Notes: generated from the sequence alone by a model not told the origin. 63,611 nucleotides of DNA, filler included, from Bigelowiella natans CCMP2755 (GCA_000320545.1; 6 parts of 6 records of this genome joined end to end with filler, not necessarily neighbours in it); one strand, 5' to 3'; positions 13,375 through 26,369 are shown, counted from the whole stretch's first letter. Translations and numbers: made by a program.

Positions 13375-14326
13375 GCACAACGTTTGGAGTCATTTCCGTA
13401 TCAGTCTTGTGAAGAGAGCCGTGCAAAGTGGTGCGTTCTCTTAGTTGATTCTGAAGGCCTTGGCCACTCATCTAGATGATGTGATGTATGTGAACTAGAT
13501 ATGGTGACAGTATTGTTGTACAGCCTGTCTAGGCCAATGCCGTACGTCGACATGTCATATTTTTACCGCGGCCAATGTCTTGTTTGCGCTCCGCGATTGC
13601 AGAGATAAAATGCTTCGCTTCGGTCCGTCTGACATCTCTAGATGCTAGACATGCTTAGATGCACGTGCTAGCGTGTCTTGCTCGCCTGCTTATGCGCTAA
13701 CTTTAGCCAGAACAACAGTCCGGCTGCTAGGCTACCTGCCATGTCTTGACGTACGTGTTAGCTAGCTAGCTACGATTACAACAACGTACGCACTTTCAAT
13801 CAGGGCGCAGGTGGATGTGACATCGAAGGTGTTGGGTACGCAAATCGTTATAGATGGCATAACTTGGTCTGCGCAACGACCAATGGTTGTTTGCAACGAC
13901 TGATTCAGACAGAGTGACCCTAGCGGCGGCAATGGAAGGCTTCGATTTTCGATCATGTAAGTGCTGCACAAATTTGAACAAGTTGCGCATGATCGCTGCA
14001 CCCGCATACACTAGCATATCGCATCATTATGAGACATTCAAATGTCATTTGCGTGGGAGCGCTGTTAATTGCGAGCGTACATGCAGAGATCTCAATTAAT
14101 GTGTCACATGACTGCCTGTGCGTTTTATATCAATGAGCTAAGTCCACAGTGCATGCACTACGCTTTCAAAATGAATTTATCAAGTAGACATGGTATTGCT
14201 TCGATTAATACTTCTCATTGTTTCATTTCTCATATTTTCCCGCGCTAGCCTTTGGTTTTCCTGTTTGCAATGCAAAAATGTTTTTTTAAAAAAAAATGGC
14301 CGTTATCATAGATGACCAAACATATA

Positions 14327-14364
<38 letters not shown>

Positions 14365-14532
14365 ACATAATATCCTGGTAGATACTATTTGGCCGCTTGT
14401 TGACCAGATCTTATAGTCGATCACTTCTATTACCTTTGCTTCCTTTATTTTCGAAATTTGAGCTTTGATTTGTACTACTTGTTCAAGGGCATGAACCTGT
14501 GCGAAGTAGAACTACCGTTGACTATATTATCG

Positions 14533-14567
<35 letters not shown>

Positions 14568-14600
14568 ATACAGATATACTCAGACGTCTTATTTCCGTTG

Positions 14601-14886
14601 CTAATCAGGAATTCTATTTTGAAATGTTCGATTGTGTTTTATGACATGAGGATTCGGATGGCTCGGAGCCCGTTGTTGCTGCCACCATCTGAGCAGCACA
14701 TCGCCATTATTGAGTTGCAAGGGGCAGGGAGATTGCAAGTTCATGTCGGTAGCTTGATTGTACCTCTGAATTTCCCCGGAGTGATAATAGGCAAAATACT
14801 TGTCCCACCACCTATAGTTGCCTCACTTTATGGAATATATAATATTTATATCACACCACCTATTGTTGCCTCGCTTCATGGGATGT

Positions 14887-14970
<84 letters not shown>

Positions 14971-15710
14971 GAGGGTTTGAATGGAGAAGTGGTAGGAAGT
15001 ACGTACCATTGAGAGTACATTTGCATCAACGTCGCATGGGAATCAGGAATAGGGAAGAAGTTCGGCTAAGAATTTTTCCAAAATCAGATATATACTTATC
15101 AGTATCATCATCCAGGCACTGCCATAAACACTGCTGCTGCAATTGCTATGTGCAACATTTTCCGACAACGATTGTCTTCTTCTTCTTCTTCTTCTTCTTC
15201 TTCTTCTTCTTCTTCTTCTTCTACATCTTCTTCTACATCTGCAGCTGCCACTCAGTCTTCTCTGCTACTACTTTCCTACTCCTAATCCCCTCCCCCCACT
15301 ACTACCACTACTACCACTACTACCACTACTGCTAATACTACTACTACCACCACCACCACCACCACCACCACTATTACCTCTGCAATTGGCATTTGGCCCA
15401 TTGGATCGAGTCGTTGCCGTGTTTGTCGCGGATGTGGCGCTGGCCGGTGAAGCTTTGATTCCGATTGTACCGTCATATCTTCATCGTTGACAACGCTTTC
15501 TGTTCGGCGTACGGTGCTTCCACTCTCAGGCTGCTGTACTAGAACAAAGAGGAGAGCGGGTAGTAGGACGATCACGCTGGGAAACTTGGTGCTTGGATGC
15601 ACCCGCCGTGACTGATGAAGGAAGCAAGGCGCCCCCCCCTCAGCGGCAAGATCAGTCTCCTCCAGGATATGCTCTTTTCGGTATTTGCTGTAAGACAAAA
15701 GTTGAATCAT
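14601..15710 (-). CDS. Unknown protein with N-proximal hydrophobic segment, at least 3 exons
   Basis: ORF ..FPSVIVLLPALLFVLVQQP..MPIAE|PNFFPIPDSHATLMQMYSQW|WWDKYFAYYHSGEIQRY..NRIPD* with phase-consistent GT-AG introns; start uncertain; no family recognised. Confidence 0.5.
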
Positions 15711-16492
15711 GTCGTAGTATTAATTTCCATTGGAATTCGTCCAGACTTCCTTTGTAGGCGAACTTAGGTATTTTTGGGTCGAATTTTCTTCGTAAACCCG
15801 CATCCAACCGCTAGGAATGTAGAAGAGAAGTGGCGCGAGCGAGCTACAGTGTGAGTACGGTTTTTTTTCTCGAGGTTCTTTTTTCGTGGGCAAACATGGC
15901 AAAACGCGATGTGTTCTGGCGTTACGACACGACGTGAAAGTGCATATTATATCGGGAATCCTCAGTGTTTATTAGTGGCCAGCGAGTTCGCAAGCGAATT
16001 GGTCGCGTAGAAGAAAACTCCGACATAGCAACGGCTTCTAGAAAGCAAGTTGATTTGCAAAGCTGTCATTTTTATGGTAAAATTGAAATTAAGTGTATGT
16101 CGTAAATGATGATTACATCCGTATTTGATTTTCTGATGATCGATCCTCGTCAGGCCTGTGCTGACTCTGCAAATGTGACATTTGAAAGGTCCCGCTCGGA
16201 ATTTCGTATCCGTTTAGCTTGCAGGGCGCGAGGACATTGCGAGCCTCAAAGTTTCTTTTCCAAAGGATCACCACACTCCATACAGCTCTTCGTTCAAGAG
16301 GAAAACGGAGCATAGGCACGCTCGCCTTTAAAGCGAAGTTCTTACTCTGACAATTGAGCGCAAAAAAATCTTTCGGAACGGAGCGAATAGATTCATCGTC
16401 AGCTGCCTGCGCCTTTAACAAAAGAGTTCCATGGACCTGTAAATCATAAACAAAATACTGATTCGCTCTTCGTGCGCTTCTCGAGCCTTCAT

Positions 16493-19204
16493 ATGGATTT
16501 AGCGAAAGCACCGCGAAATCACCGTGCTTTCGGCCATTGTGAGAGAGAAGACGCCTGCTATGGGGGGCGTGTTCGGAGCTTCCTCCGCTCTTATTCGCAA
16601 AGAATTTTTAGGAAAGTACCAGTATCTCTTCATCGAAGATACAACCCCCGACGTTTGAGACGCTTCAATTCATATTGTCTGCCTCTTCTCGGAGTTGTTC
16701 TTCTCCTGGTTTCATTATGCATTCGACGAGTTCCTGGAGTAGTAGATGGAGGGGCATCCCCCACCCCCCATTTTGTACAGATGGCCATGCCCCAGGTGTC
16801 TTCTAAGATTGGACCCTTTCTTGCTCGAGCGTCTCGCCTTCCTGACGCAGGGAGTTCAGCCTCTTCTCACTCTGCGAGGAGCACCAGCAAAAGGAGAGGG
16901 AGGCCTCCGAAATCACACCCCGGTGGGAGGAGCACCGCTTCTGCTGCTCATAAAAAAAATCCTTCCAATGCCATTAATGCCTCAGAAGGCTGTGGAAACA
17001 CCGCTTCTCCGAAGGCGCCATCGCGTATCAGAGGAAGGCCGAGAAAGCGCGCCTGCCCCGCAGACCCCATCAGCGCAAAGGATCGAAATCTATTGCTCTT
17101 GGCTTTGCAGGGCACGACAGGAGACCAGGCTACAGAAGCCCAAGGTATTAACGCACTATCTTCAAAGCATATGCGTGTGTGTATGTGCGCGCGCGCACGT
17201 GCGAAAGGGAATTGTCAAAATTAAGAAGTCAACACATGGCACGTATGATCTACGCGTTGAGAGATCCTACAATGTTCGATATATTCGGCCTGCATATTTT
17301 TTGCATCGGCACCGAAGCCGCTTATCGCTTATAACTATTTTATGATTTGCATTTTGCGATTTTCTTTCAAGATTGCGTGTCGGTATTTTGTTAAATATAT
17401 AGTATTGACCTGACATAACACACCGGCATTTGCCGCTCACCATAGATGTTATCACTACCACAGTCTCTTCATCCGAGGACGATAGTTACTACCCGGATGA
17501 AAGAGCTCCAGCGAGGCGGTCTTTGGCTACCACCGAGAACCTTCGCAGGTAGGTCCATAGAGTTCATATGAAAATCCCACCTCAAGACATAATCCTGCCT
17601 CATTTGATAAAATGACCATATGACGATTACTTAATGGACACTTGTTGCCCTTCTTCTCTCCCCCCCCTCATCCTTTTTAACGCACAGCCTTGAAGACAAT
17701 GATCCCTTCTTACGGCCCTTCCATACAATAGTAATGCTACGAATTTGTTCATATGTGTGCGCATCTTCGTCCTGATGTAACTTGAAGTCGTTCAGAGTGT
17801 AGCATTTTATAGACGTTCTCTACCTCTTCCAGGGCTCTCGAGATCTTCATCCTGCAGACTTGCCCGTATTCGCTGAGTCCCTTCCCCCAGCGTCGCCATA
17901 CTTTTCCGATCCATCTCCGCCTTCAGAGGCTGAGGTCAAAATCTTATTTCGCCTAACCCCGAAATAAAGCGTGTTTTCTCCCTCGTTCCAAGTGTGGCCT
18001 CCTTTTCAACATCCTACCTTCATTTGTTGAAATTCCCCCCTCCCCCCCTCCTTCCCACCTCTCTCCTCCTCTCCCTTCATCTAATAGGGAACCTCATCTT
18101 CAAAACAGGAGGGAGAGCCGACGACGCGTACTGTGGGGGTAACCCAAAAGAGAAATAAAAAGCTGTATTTGCTACAAATAATATCTCGTTTTCTGGGTGG
18201 TGGGCTCAGCCGCAGGGCATGCGGATTGCAGATTTAATTTTGTGTTTTTTCTCACCAAAAAACATTGTAACGAACATTTTATTTTGTCTTTCCCAGGGAC
18301 GCTTGAGGCAGATCGCCCGTGTCGTCAAGCGCATATTTTCCCCACCTGGTGCGAGATTACTTTTGAACTAAATGCATCATGCTATAGTTCTCTCCACCAT
18401 ATGCTTGAATGCCATTCAAACGGCCATTCCTCTTTGAAAGCGTGAGAATCTCTCTCTCTCTCCCTCTCTCTCTTTCTCTCTCTTTCTCTCCAAAGGGCTT
18501 GAGAGAAAACACAGAAAGGGGGGCAAGTGAACTAAAGAATAGACCGATAATTTGTTGTCTCGAAGTAGTAATCACACTACAGATTAGTACGACCGGGTGC
18601 AATCATGTCTGCCCTAATTTCTCTTAAATGCCCCTTTGGTTTGTGGTGTGTATCGAGCAGAGGAGTCCAAGCCCAACAGCCCTCCCCCGAACAATGATAA
18701 ACCTCCAAAGCTCTCCCGTCATCACCCTCACCACCAAGATAACCATGACAACCATAACAAGCGGTCCTCTCCCAGTACACCTGTGTTGCCGCACCCGCCT
18801 CCTTCAGATACACCTCTTTTGGCGTGCGATGGCACTACGAGAGCCCCCCCTCCAAGCCCCCCCTCCCTCTCACGCTCTCCTGGCACAGGGACGGCGGCGG
18901 AGACTCCTTCACTGGTATATTGGAATACCCCCTCACCTAATTTCATTGCGCTATTTATGTTTTGGTAATAGTGAAAATAGACAGGGGGGGGGAGAGGGAC
19001 AGGCGCAGTATGTTGTATTTGATTCATACATCATGTGTGCAGATGGGAATGGGATTTGGTCTGGAGCCCAGGCGGATCCATTACGAAGACACGTTCCATG
19101 AGCCAGTCATTTCGGGTGGGGAGAAGAAACGACTGGCGGTTTCAATCGGTGGCACAGAGTCAGTGGAGAGACGGAAGTCTGCCACTGCCGGTGTCATTCG
19201 CTAG
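16493..19204 (+). CDS. Low-complexity protein with two AT-hook motifs and an N-terminal hydrophobic segment, multi-exon
   Basis: KRRGRPPK and RIRGRPRKR AT-hooks after LPLLGVVLLLVSLCI; several Pro/Ser-rich downstream exons; last exon ..VERRKSATAGVIR*. Exon linkage approximate. Confidence 0.6.
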
Positions 19205-19494
19205 CTTATTTCAAGTGAACTTAATAAGAGAAAAACACTGATATATTAGTTAGACTTAATCGTACAGTTTGAAATTTGATGGAGGATATGCAATAGGACT
19301 CCCACTGAAGGGAGTGTCGCCCCTCCGTATGTCATCAATGAAACAGTAGCATCAAAAGTAATGGTGATTGTATCCTTAAATGATCAGTTTATGAACTCTA
19401 ATGTAAATCGCTTGGTAGTAGAATTTCTATCGACCACATCAAGTATAAATCTTGACTTTGGCCGTAAATCATGCATTCGTGTTCAGCATTATGC

Positions 19495-20540
19495 GAATGC
19501 TGCCCGCACAGATCCGACTAGCTCGTTGTTGGAATACCATCAGCCACGAATGTGCCAGCATGGCCAAATCTAGCAATGTCAACCGTGTGGCTATCGTAGG
19601 CACAAATGGAGCACATCGTGCGTGTGCCCATGGCCTTTGCATCCATCCTACTTGCGCATGCGCTACAAGCTTCCCTGGCTAGCTAGCAGGCAATGCAGCT
19701 GCACACTGCACGCAAACACACCGCACGTGCTAGCATGGAACAATGCACAATTCTGGACGTGTCACGGAAACGATCGCACACCTCTAGCTAGCTAGCTAGA
19801 CGACTTTGCGCTGGAAAAATTGAACAGAAAGCAAATGTGATGAAATCCAAAATTGACTTGTTAGTCGTCGCAAGAATTAAAGGCCAGAGCCAGTTAGCTA
19901 GAGAGGGATAGAGGTAAGCAACCAAACCAAGCTAGCAAGCAAACAACGAAGTGAAACAACAAACTAGAAAGACCTGCTAGCCTGTCTCTCACCCTCATTG
20001 AACATTGACGGTCCACCTTTCTGCAAAGGAGGTTCGAAGCGCGGCACAATAGTCTCAGAGCTAAGGTTAAAATAGCTGATCTTCAATCGGCATTCCAACG
20101 CAAGAACTGGTTGGTTCTGTCCACAGAGTGTGCTGGCCACTCTGGAGCTGGCTAGCTGGCTAGCTGGTGAGTTGTGAACGACGAATCAACGAACAAACAA
20201 AGCGTGTCCAACAGTGCAGCCGGGAGGATCATCGCCGACGTGCGAACTAGATCTAACCAACTAACCATCGCAATGATCACAACTGAAACCTGCTGTCATG
20301 TCACATCCGTAACCGCAACCTACCCGTAGTACCAGCGGAGTGGACATGCTAGCAACACGCTCTGGCATCTCGGATGATTGCCCATTCATTTTGCGTCTCT
20401 ATTTTTTGTTGTCGCTCTCCAAAATTGCTCAGGATTCGGAACTTAATTGGTGAATCAATCCAATCAAGAAACTCCGAGACCCAGGCGGATTCCGATGAAA
20501 AATCAGGAATGTTCGAACACATGCTGGGAGCTTTTTTGTC
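19495..20540. other. Partially TpA-depleted, CTAG-rich tract 3
   Basis: Manual count: about 17 CTAG, 15 CTAH/DTAG, 7 other TA; intact and degenerate (CTAG)n arrays. Confidence 0.75.
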
Positions 20541-21017
20541 TTGATTTAACTTTCTTTTAGCATATATTAGGTGAAAATGCCCTGTATTTCAGCAATACGT
20601 CTTAATCATATCAATTTATCAATGTTGTATGGACACAGCCCAATCAGCCCAAGCTCTTGTCTCTCATCAACGTGCTGATTCTTAATGCGGGTGCAAGGTG
20701 ACAGCTAGGGAGAGAGAGCCAAAACATCCTGATTTTGCTGGAATTATATTTGTGCCGATGGATGTTGGGGTGAAACATAGAAAGGCGTACAACATGGAGA
20801 AATTATACACTTGTTAACACAAATCCCGGTCTTGATAAGCTTTAACAACCCTTTCACGTGCAAAACCAGAATCCCTAGGTTCATGAAAGTACGAAAACTC
20901 GAGCCCTGGAGATAGATTTGGGTAATGGAGGCAAATTTCGATGACCAAATTTGCAGGGGACCAAGAAAAGGACAACAAAATAACATCGAACCCAATAAGA
21001 TTATCAAATGCGATAGA

Positions 21018-21053
<36 letters not shown>

Positions 21054-21133
21054 GCGCGTGCGCGCATGAATATACGCATGGTCGCCTCACACGCTTGGAT
21101 TAATATTTCTCAAAACTATCCGTTCTTTCCATA

Positions 21134-21884
21134 GAATACGCGTTTGAGCGCGACAGAGACACACCCAGCAGCTTGGAGGGATGGGATCTAGCCATTCAAC
21201 CAAGAGCAAGGTTTCCTCCCTCTTGGAGGACCTCCTTGATGGGACTCCTCGCGGACGCAAACGGACGGAGTTCATAGAGAAGGTGGTCATCGCACTCATT
21301 GTTTTGGTTTAGCGGATAGGGTAGAAATGAGGGAGCATTGAATCGCCTTTCGCTTCGAGCTGGAACAGGCAACTTTTGACTACGTCCCCCCCCCCTCCCC
21401 CCCCTTTCCCTATCACTAAGATATGGAAGCTAGTTGACCCCAAGAAGTCGGGGGTGTTGGATGGACCTCGAGCACTTATGCTCATCAAGGCATTAGGTAG
21501 AAGTAGTAGTAGTAGAAGTAGTAGTAGTAGTAGAAGTGGTGGTGGTGGTGTTAGCAATGTACAAAAAACCCTAATCTCGTACTCATTGGGTGGTTTGAAA
21601 GTGACTTAAGTCGCCCCCCCCTCTGAGGTTGATGAATGGAATGATCTCTGGATATTAGTGGTTGGTATGATAGATCAACAGGGGGGTGGATTGTTTAGAA
21701 AGGGAGAGGGAAGGTGCATTCAAGTTGCCGCCTCTCAAGGCAAAACTCACGTTCCACTTCTGCCCCCCCCTCAAATTATTAGCCAAACACTGCAAAGCCC
21801 GTGCAATTAAATCCAATACGGTATCATCATGTTACGTCCCTTTTCTGAACGATGTCAGGAATTCTATGATATTTGTATGAATTT

Positions 21885-21923
<39 letters not shown>

Positions 21924-22157
21924 GTGTGTGTGTGTGTATTAAAATGTGTGAATGTAGCGCAGATGTAGGTACACCCGGTGATTCGAAGTGTGTAAACACT
22001 CTGTAATTTAGTGTTTGACAAGTGTAATTTCATATAAACATTAGATATATATAGTTAATGGTAACAACCCTCTCTTCCAGATACCGAAGTTATCGAAACA
22101 AGGGGGTGTACGACAGCTGATGGGGTTTTCGTTTGAAGGAGAAGACTTTGCTGACGG
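21134..22157 (+). CDS. Fragmentary multi-exon gene, possible EF-hand-like loop
   Basis: Splice-bounded open segments YAFERDRDTPSSLEGWDLAIQPRA, IWKLVDPKKSGVLDGPRALMLIKAL and IPKLSKQGGVRQLMGFSFEGEDFAD; ends not determined; adjacent to a gap. Confidence 0.35.
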
Positions 22158-22293
22158 TATACAAGAAATCTGTTTATAACCACGTGGAAGAATTTGGGGA
22201 AAATCACCGCCCCTCCATCGTAGATGTTAATGTGGTATCATCATTCTGCATCGTTGATTTAATGCGTCCTTTAGATCTTTATACCTTTTCATA

Positions 22294-22393
22294 NNNNNNN
22301 NNNNNNNNNNNNNNNNNNNNNNNNNNNNNNNNNNNNNTTAATTAATTAANNNNNNNNNNNNNNNNNNNNNNNNNNNNNNNNNNNNNNNNNNNN
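22294..22393. other. Assembly spacer 44N-TTAATTAATTAA-44N
   Basis: Fixed 100-nt linker with stops in all six frames; identical at five places. Confidence 0.98.
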
Positions 22394-22464
<71 letters not shown>

Positions 22465-22554
22465 TTTTATATCAGGGTATGACTGGGTTCTACCGTGGCC
22501 TGCCAAAGTTTTTGCTTGGGGTGATTCAGTATAGATGATAATATATAACGAATA

Positions 22555-22633
<79 letters not shown>

Positions 22634-22677
22634 TGTGCTTGCGTTTGTGGGGGTTGGTGCGCGCGCGAGAGAGAGAA

Positions 22678-22724
<47 letters not shown>

Positions 22725-23468
22725 TGTTAAAAAAATATACACCATCCAAGAGCCTCATATTGTGTGCTCGTGCATATATGTGCGGCGCAGCGAAATGACT
22801 TGGACATTATTTTAATGTCTGTGGGGAGTAATTTCCATATCGTTTGGGAGGGCCATCAAACACGTAGTAGTTGTTTGTGATAGTAGCAGTAAACACAAGA
22901 GAAATGCTGCTGCTCCTGCATTGTATGTAAGTCGCGCCACCCATTCACTCCTATTTGCGCTCATTCGTCCTTGGACGATGATGCCATGAATGGGCGGGGC
23001 ATGCCGGCCCTAACTCCTCCTCACCGCACACGGATAAGTTTATGCTGCTGTGTTGCATCTCGGATGTGTGTGTGTGTGTGTGTGTGTGCATCGGTTGCGT
23101 ACAATAATCTCACCCTCCCCACCTCCCCCCCCCCCCCCCCAATCTGTTATTGCTGGTTGATGCTGCACAAAAAGTTAAAGGGTTGCTCTGGGCTCATTAC
23201 ATGCAAGGAAGAATCAGCAAGATCCTTACGGTTTGAAGTGCCGGATGTTGAAGCGAGTGGCGCTGCTGATGCTAGGGACGAAGAAAGATCTTCTCTTTTT
23301 CGCTACTATTTGTCCAGTCGGATTCAAAAATAGCGGATCAGCGCAGAGAGTTCTCTTGTGTACGACAGCGACAGCAACAGTCGGCTACTCGCAAAGGAAG
23401 CATAGATATTTGATAATGATGTGGCCGCTATATTACCTTGCAGCTTGGGGATACTGTGTACATATACA

Positions 23469-23507
<39 letters not shown>

Positions 23508-24374
23508 TTGTGTAAGTTATGTATACTATTTTGTCAATTGCCTTTATTTTTCACACATATCTTGCTAACGTAGCTGAAATATAACCTCATCTGAACGTAC
23601 CTCTTATAACACCAGTGGCTTCAGCGCAGATGCTTTATGTTTACATGTGTGTTTCGTTTCTCCCTTGGCTCTATTTCCTTCATCACTACTGCATGTTATG
23701 TGATATGTACGTCGTCATTAAAGTTTGCGACACTATGTCTTCGAAATATTTTTGAGTGGAACATTCATCCTATGCATGACTCCATGTACGTACACGATAT
23801 GTAAGAGACAATGCATTCTTTGTATCTATTACATATAAAAGCTATAATGTAAAAGAATGCTAGGGCGGAACAACAATAACTTTGCATATAATGCTAAAAT
23901 TTTCGTATTGGAAGCCAGATATTCATGACTTTCGATCTATAGAGATCAGAGCCTCCACCATTATGTTGCTTCAGAATACAAAGCTAACTAGCTGCAATAG
24001 CAAACAGCCGCACATCATACATGTGTGTGTTCATCATCGTCGAGGCGGTTTACGCTCGATGCTGCCATGCATCTTGTTCCAGCAGCCGCCAAGTGGCCGC
24101 TGCTACACTTATTAGCTACCTCATGCCTATTCATGTGTAGCATCACGGTAATAATAAATGCGATGTTCAGATGTGCGCCTGGGCAACGCGGCTACTTCTT
24201 CGCATCGATCGCAGCGCGGTGCGCTGTTTCTGCTGTAGAATGAAGTAGGCTAATAGATTATTACAGCTTAGGGTAAGACTAATAGAGGGTGGCAGACATA
24301 TGCGATGTATACATTAGCCATGGTCGCATCCGAGCAGTGACCCCTAGATCCTGACAACTTTTCTACTTACATGC

Positions 24375-25582
24375 TCATGTCCACCATAGCCACTTACGCG
24401 TAGCTGACTTGTAGCCCTTTTCAAATTCTTTTGGCGTCCAGCCGACACTTGCCAGCATCGCTTCATGCTCGGTCACAGTTATACCCTGCCTTTTTCCGAA
24501 CGCTCTTAGCATACATCGCTCCTGCGGATCAATCCTTCCATCCGAAACAGCTACGTTGAGCATGGCCTTGTAGGTCTGCTTAGGCTGCTGGGATCTACAT
24601 CAAAGCGAAACAAAGTCAGCCGAAATGGAAAACTCATAACGTTCGCAAGAACATGCATAGGTGCTAGTAACCTTGAAGTTCGGATTTTGGCCCACAGATC
24701 GTCGACCTCGGCTCTCACCGCCGCGTTCGCAAGCCGAGGATTTCCTGAGATAAACTTCTGCAGAGTAGCACGGCAAAAGCGGACTGTGCGGCAGTTCTTC
24801 GAGGCGCACTTATAAGTGACGGGGGAGGCCTCCTCGTTTATCTCATGAACTACCTTCAAATCATAATTTGGGTCGTAGAACTCTCCCAACCACGCACCGG
24901 AACCCGGCTCAAGATCTACTACATGGCCATTAGTCCCATTGAACACACTAACGTTTCCTGAAAGCAGGTAGTGCACTGCTGGCATGGGCTCTCCTCGAGC
25001 CTGAATCACGCCTCCCTCGGGGAAGCTGCGCCACCTTGCATCGGACTTGTTAAGCACATCCAGGAAGAGGCGCGGGGTGAACTTGAATTGCATGAACGCT
25101 TTATTATACAGGTCCTCTTCTTTTTGGGTTAGTTGCACTACTCTTCTCTCCTGCAGTAGTTTTAGTATTTGGTAGCCGTGCACGGCCAGGAAGAAGACTC
25201 CCCAACAGGCCGGAGCAAAAAGCGGTTTGGGTTGCAGGAGGTTGAAAGTGATGCCACATGCTGTTGCTGAGATCATGAACATTCGCAAGCTCAGAACGTC
25301 TGTTTGCGTGGCACCGAAGAGGGCCAAAGCGTTGCCAACGTGTACGAAGAAAGCTGCGCGCTCGCCGAGCTGCATGCGTACTTTCGAGAAGGCAACTTTT
25401 AGGTAGGCCCTTCTGCCTTTCTTCGCCAGGTCATTTGTCTTCCTGAACCAACGTTGTCTCCCAAGCGTCCACGGACTCTCAGATCTAGCAGCCAGTTTTC
25501 CGAAGCCAACCATCCGAATCCTGGAGGCTGCGACCCGATTCCCAGAGAGGGAGGGTCGGGCCCACTGGAGCAACGTTAGCAT
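24375..25582 (-). CDS. Popeye-domain (three TM + cNMP-binding-like) protein with C-terminal helical DG..E..L..H..GW domain, one intron
   Basis: HVGNALALFGATQTDVLSLRMFMISATACGITFN..WGVFFLAVHGYQILKLLQERRVVQLTQKEEDLYNKAF..FTPRLF; LLSGNVSV..WLGEF; intron ~24595-24672 joins R|SQQPKQTYKAMLNVAVSDGRIDPQERCML..HEAMLASVGWTPKEFEKG. Confidence 0.85.
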
Positions 25583-26369
25583 GGGGAGATGCACAAATCG
25601 CACGGGAGAGGCTCGCGAGATTCCTCAGACATCCATCTTGTTTTCGAGTTCAATCTGTGTTTTATTCATGTCGCAACCACAAAACCCATTGCATTTGTAG
25701 TTCTTATGTCGGCGTTGGTAGACTTTGTAGGGACAGCCAAATTTTTGGGCCGAACCGCCCAAAATACCTGGACACGATTTTCCACGTCGCACAAGCACCG
25801 TCAGTTTCCAAAAAAACCAATAGAAATGAAGTAAAATGGAAAATTGCCAACGGATTCCCCCTGGCGACGGACAGACAGGGTCGGATATCACGGAGAACGC
25901 CCTTTCGCCATGGCGATTTCCGTCATTTTTGGAGAGTATCTTTGTCGGTATTTACCAACTTTTGCTGTGGGTTCAGGTTGTTCCCCAAGAACACAAGAAG
26001 GTCTTAGCGGATGGTCGATAAAGGAGTAAGTATTACCTGGAAATATCGTAAAATAATTGTCTAATTGGACTCCTTCCGGACTCCTACAAGCCGACTCTCC
26101 AAACTGACACCACATTCCTTCCAACCCACCGCCAGCTGGTTTCGAGTGGAAAGCGAGCCCAGAACTCAAAGGGCACGATAGACAAGGCCTTCCCAAGCTG
26201 CAAGAGACCAGTTGATCCTTTAGACCAAGTGAACCCCGTAGACAACGTGCGTTATGCTCACCATGCAGAGTATTGGGACCGCAGACATCCCTGCATCCTT
26301 TCCAACAAAAAGCCCCCCTTCCGTCAACCCCTAAACCTTTGTGTCATCGGCTACTATGTAGGACAAGCA

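Noticed and set aside
14580-14603. Stop-codon reassignment or readthrough (TAG CAA .. TAA .. TGA)
   Set aside because: Conserved genes end normally in TAA or TGA, and the long SMG9, PP2C and LRR ORFs have no internal stops.
22338-22349. TTAATTAATTAA recurring five times as a possible biological motif
   Set aside because: Always centred in 44N+44N; an artificial six-frame-stop linker.
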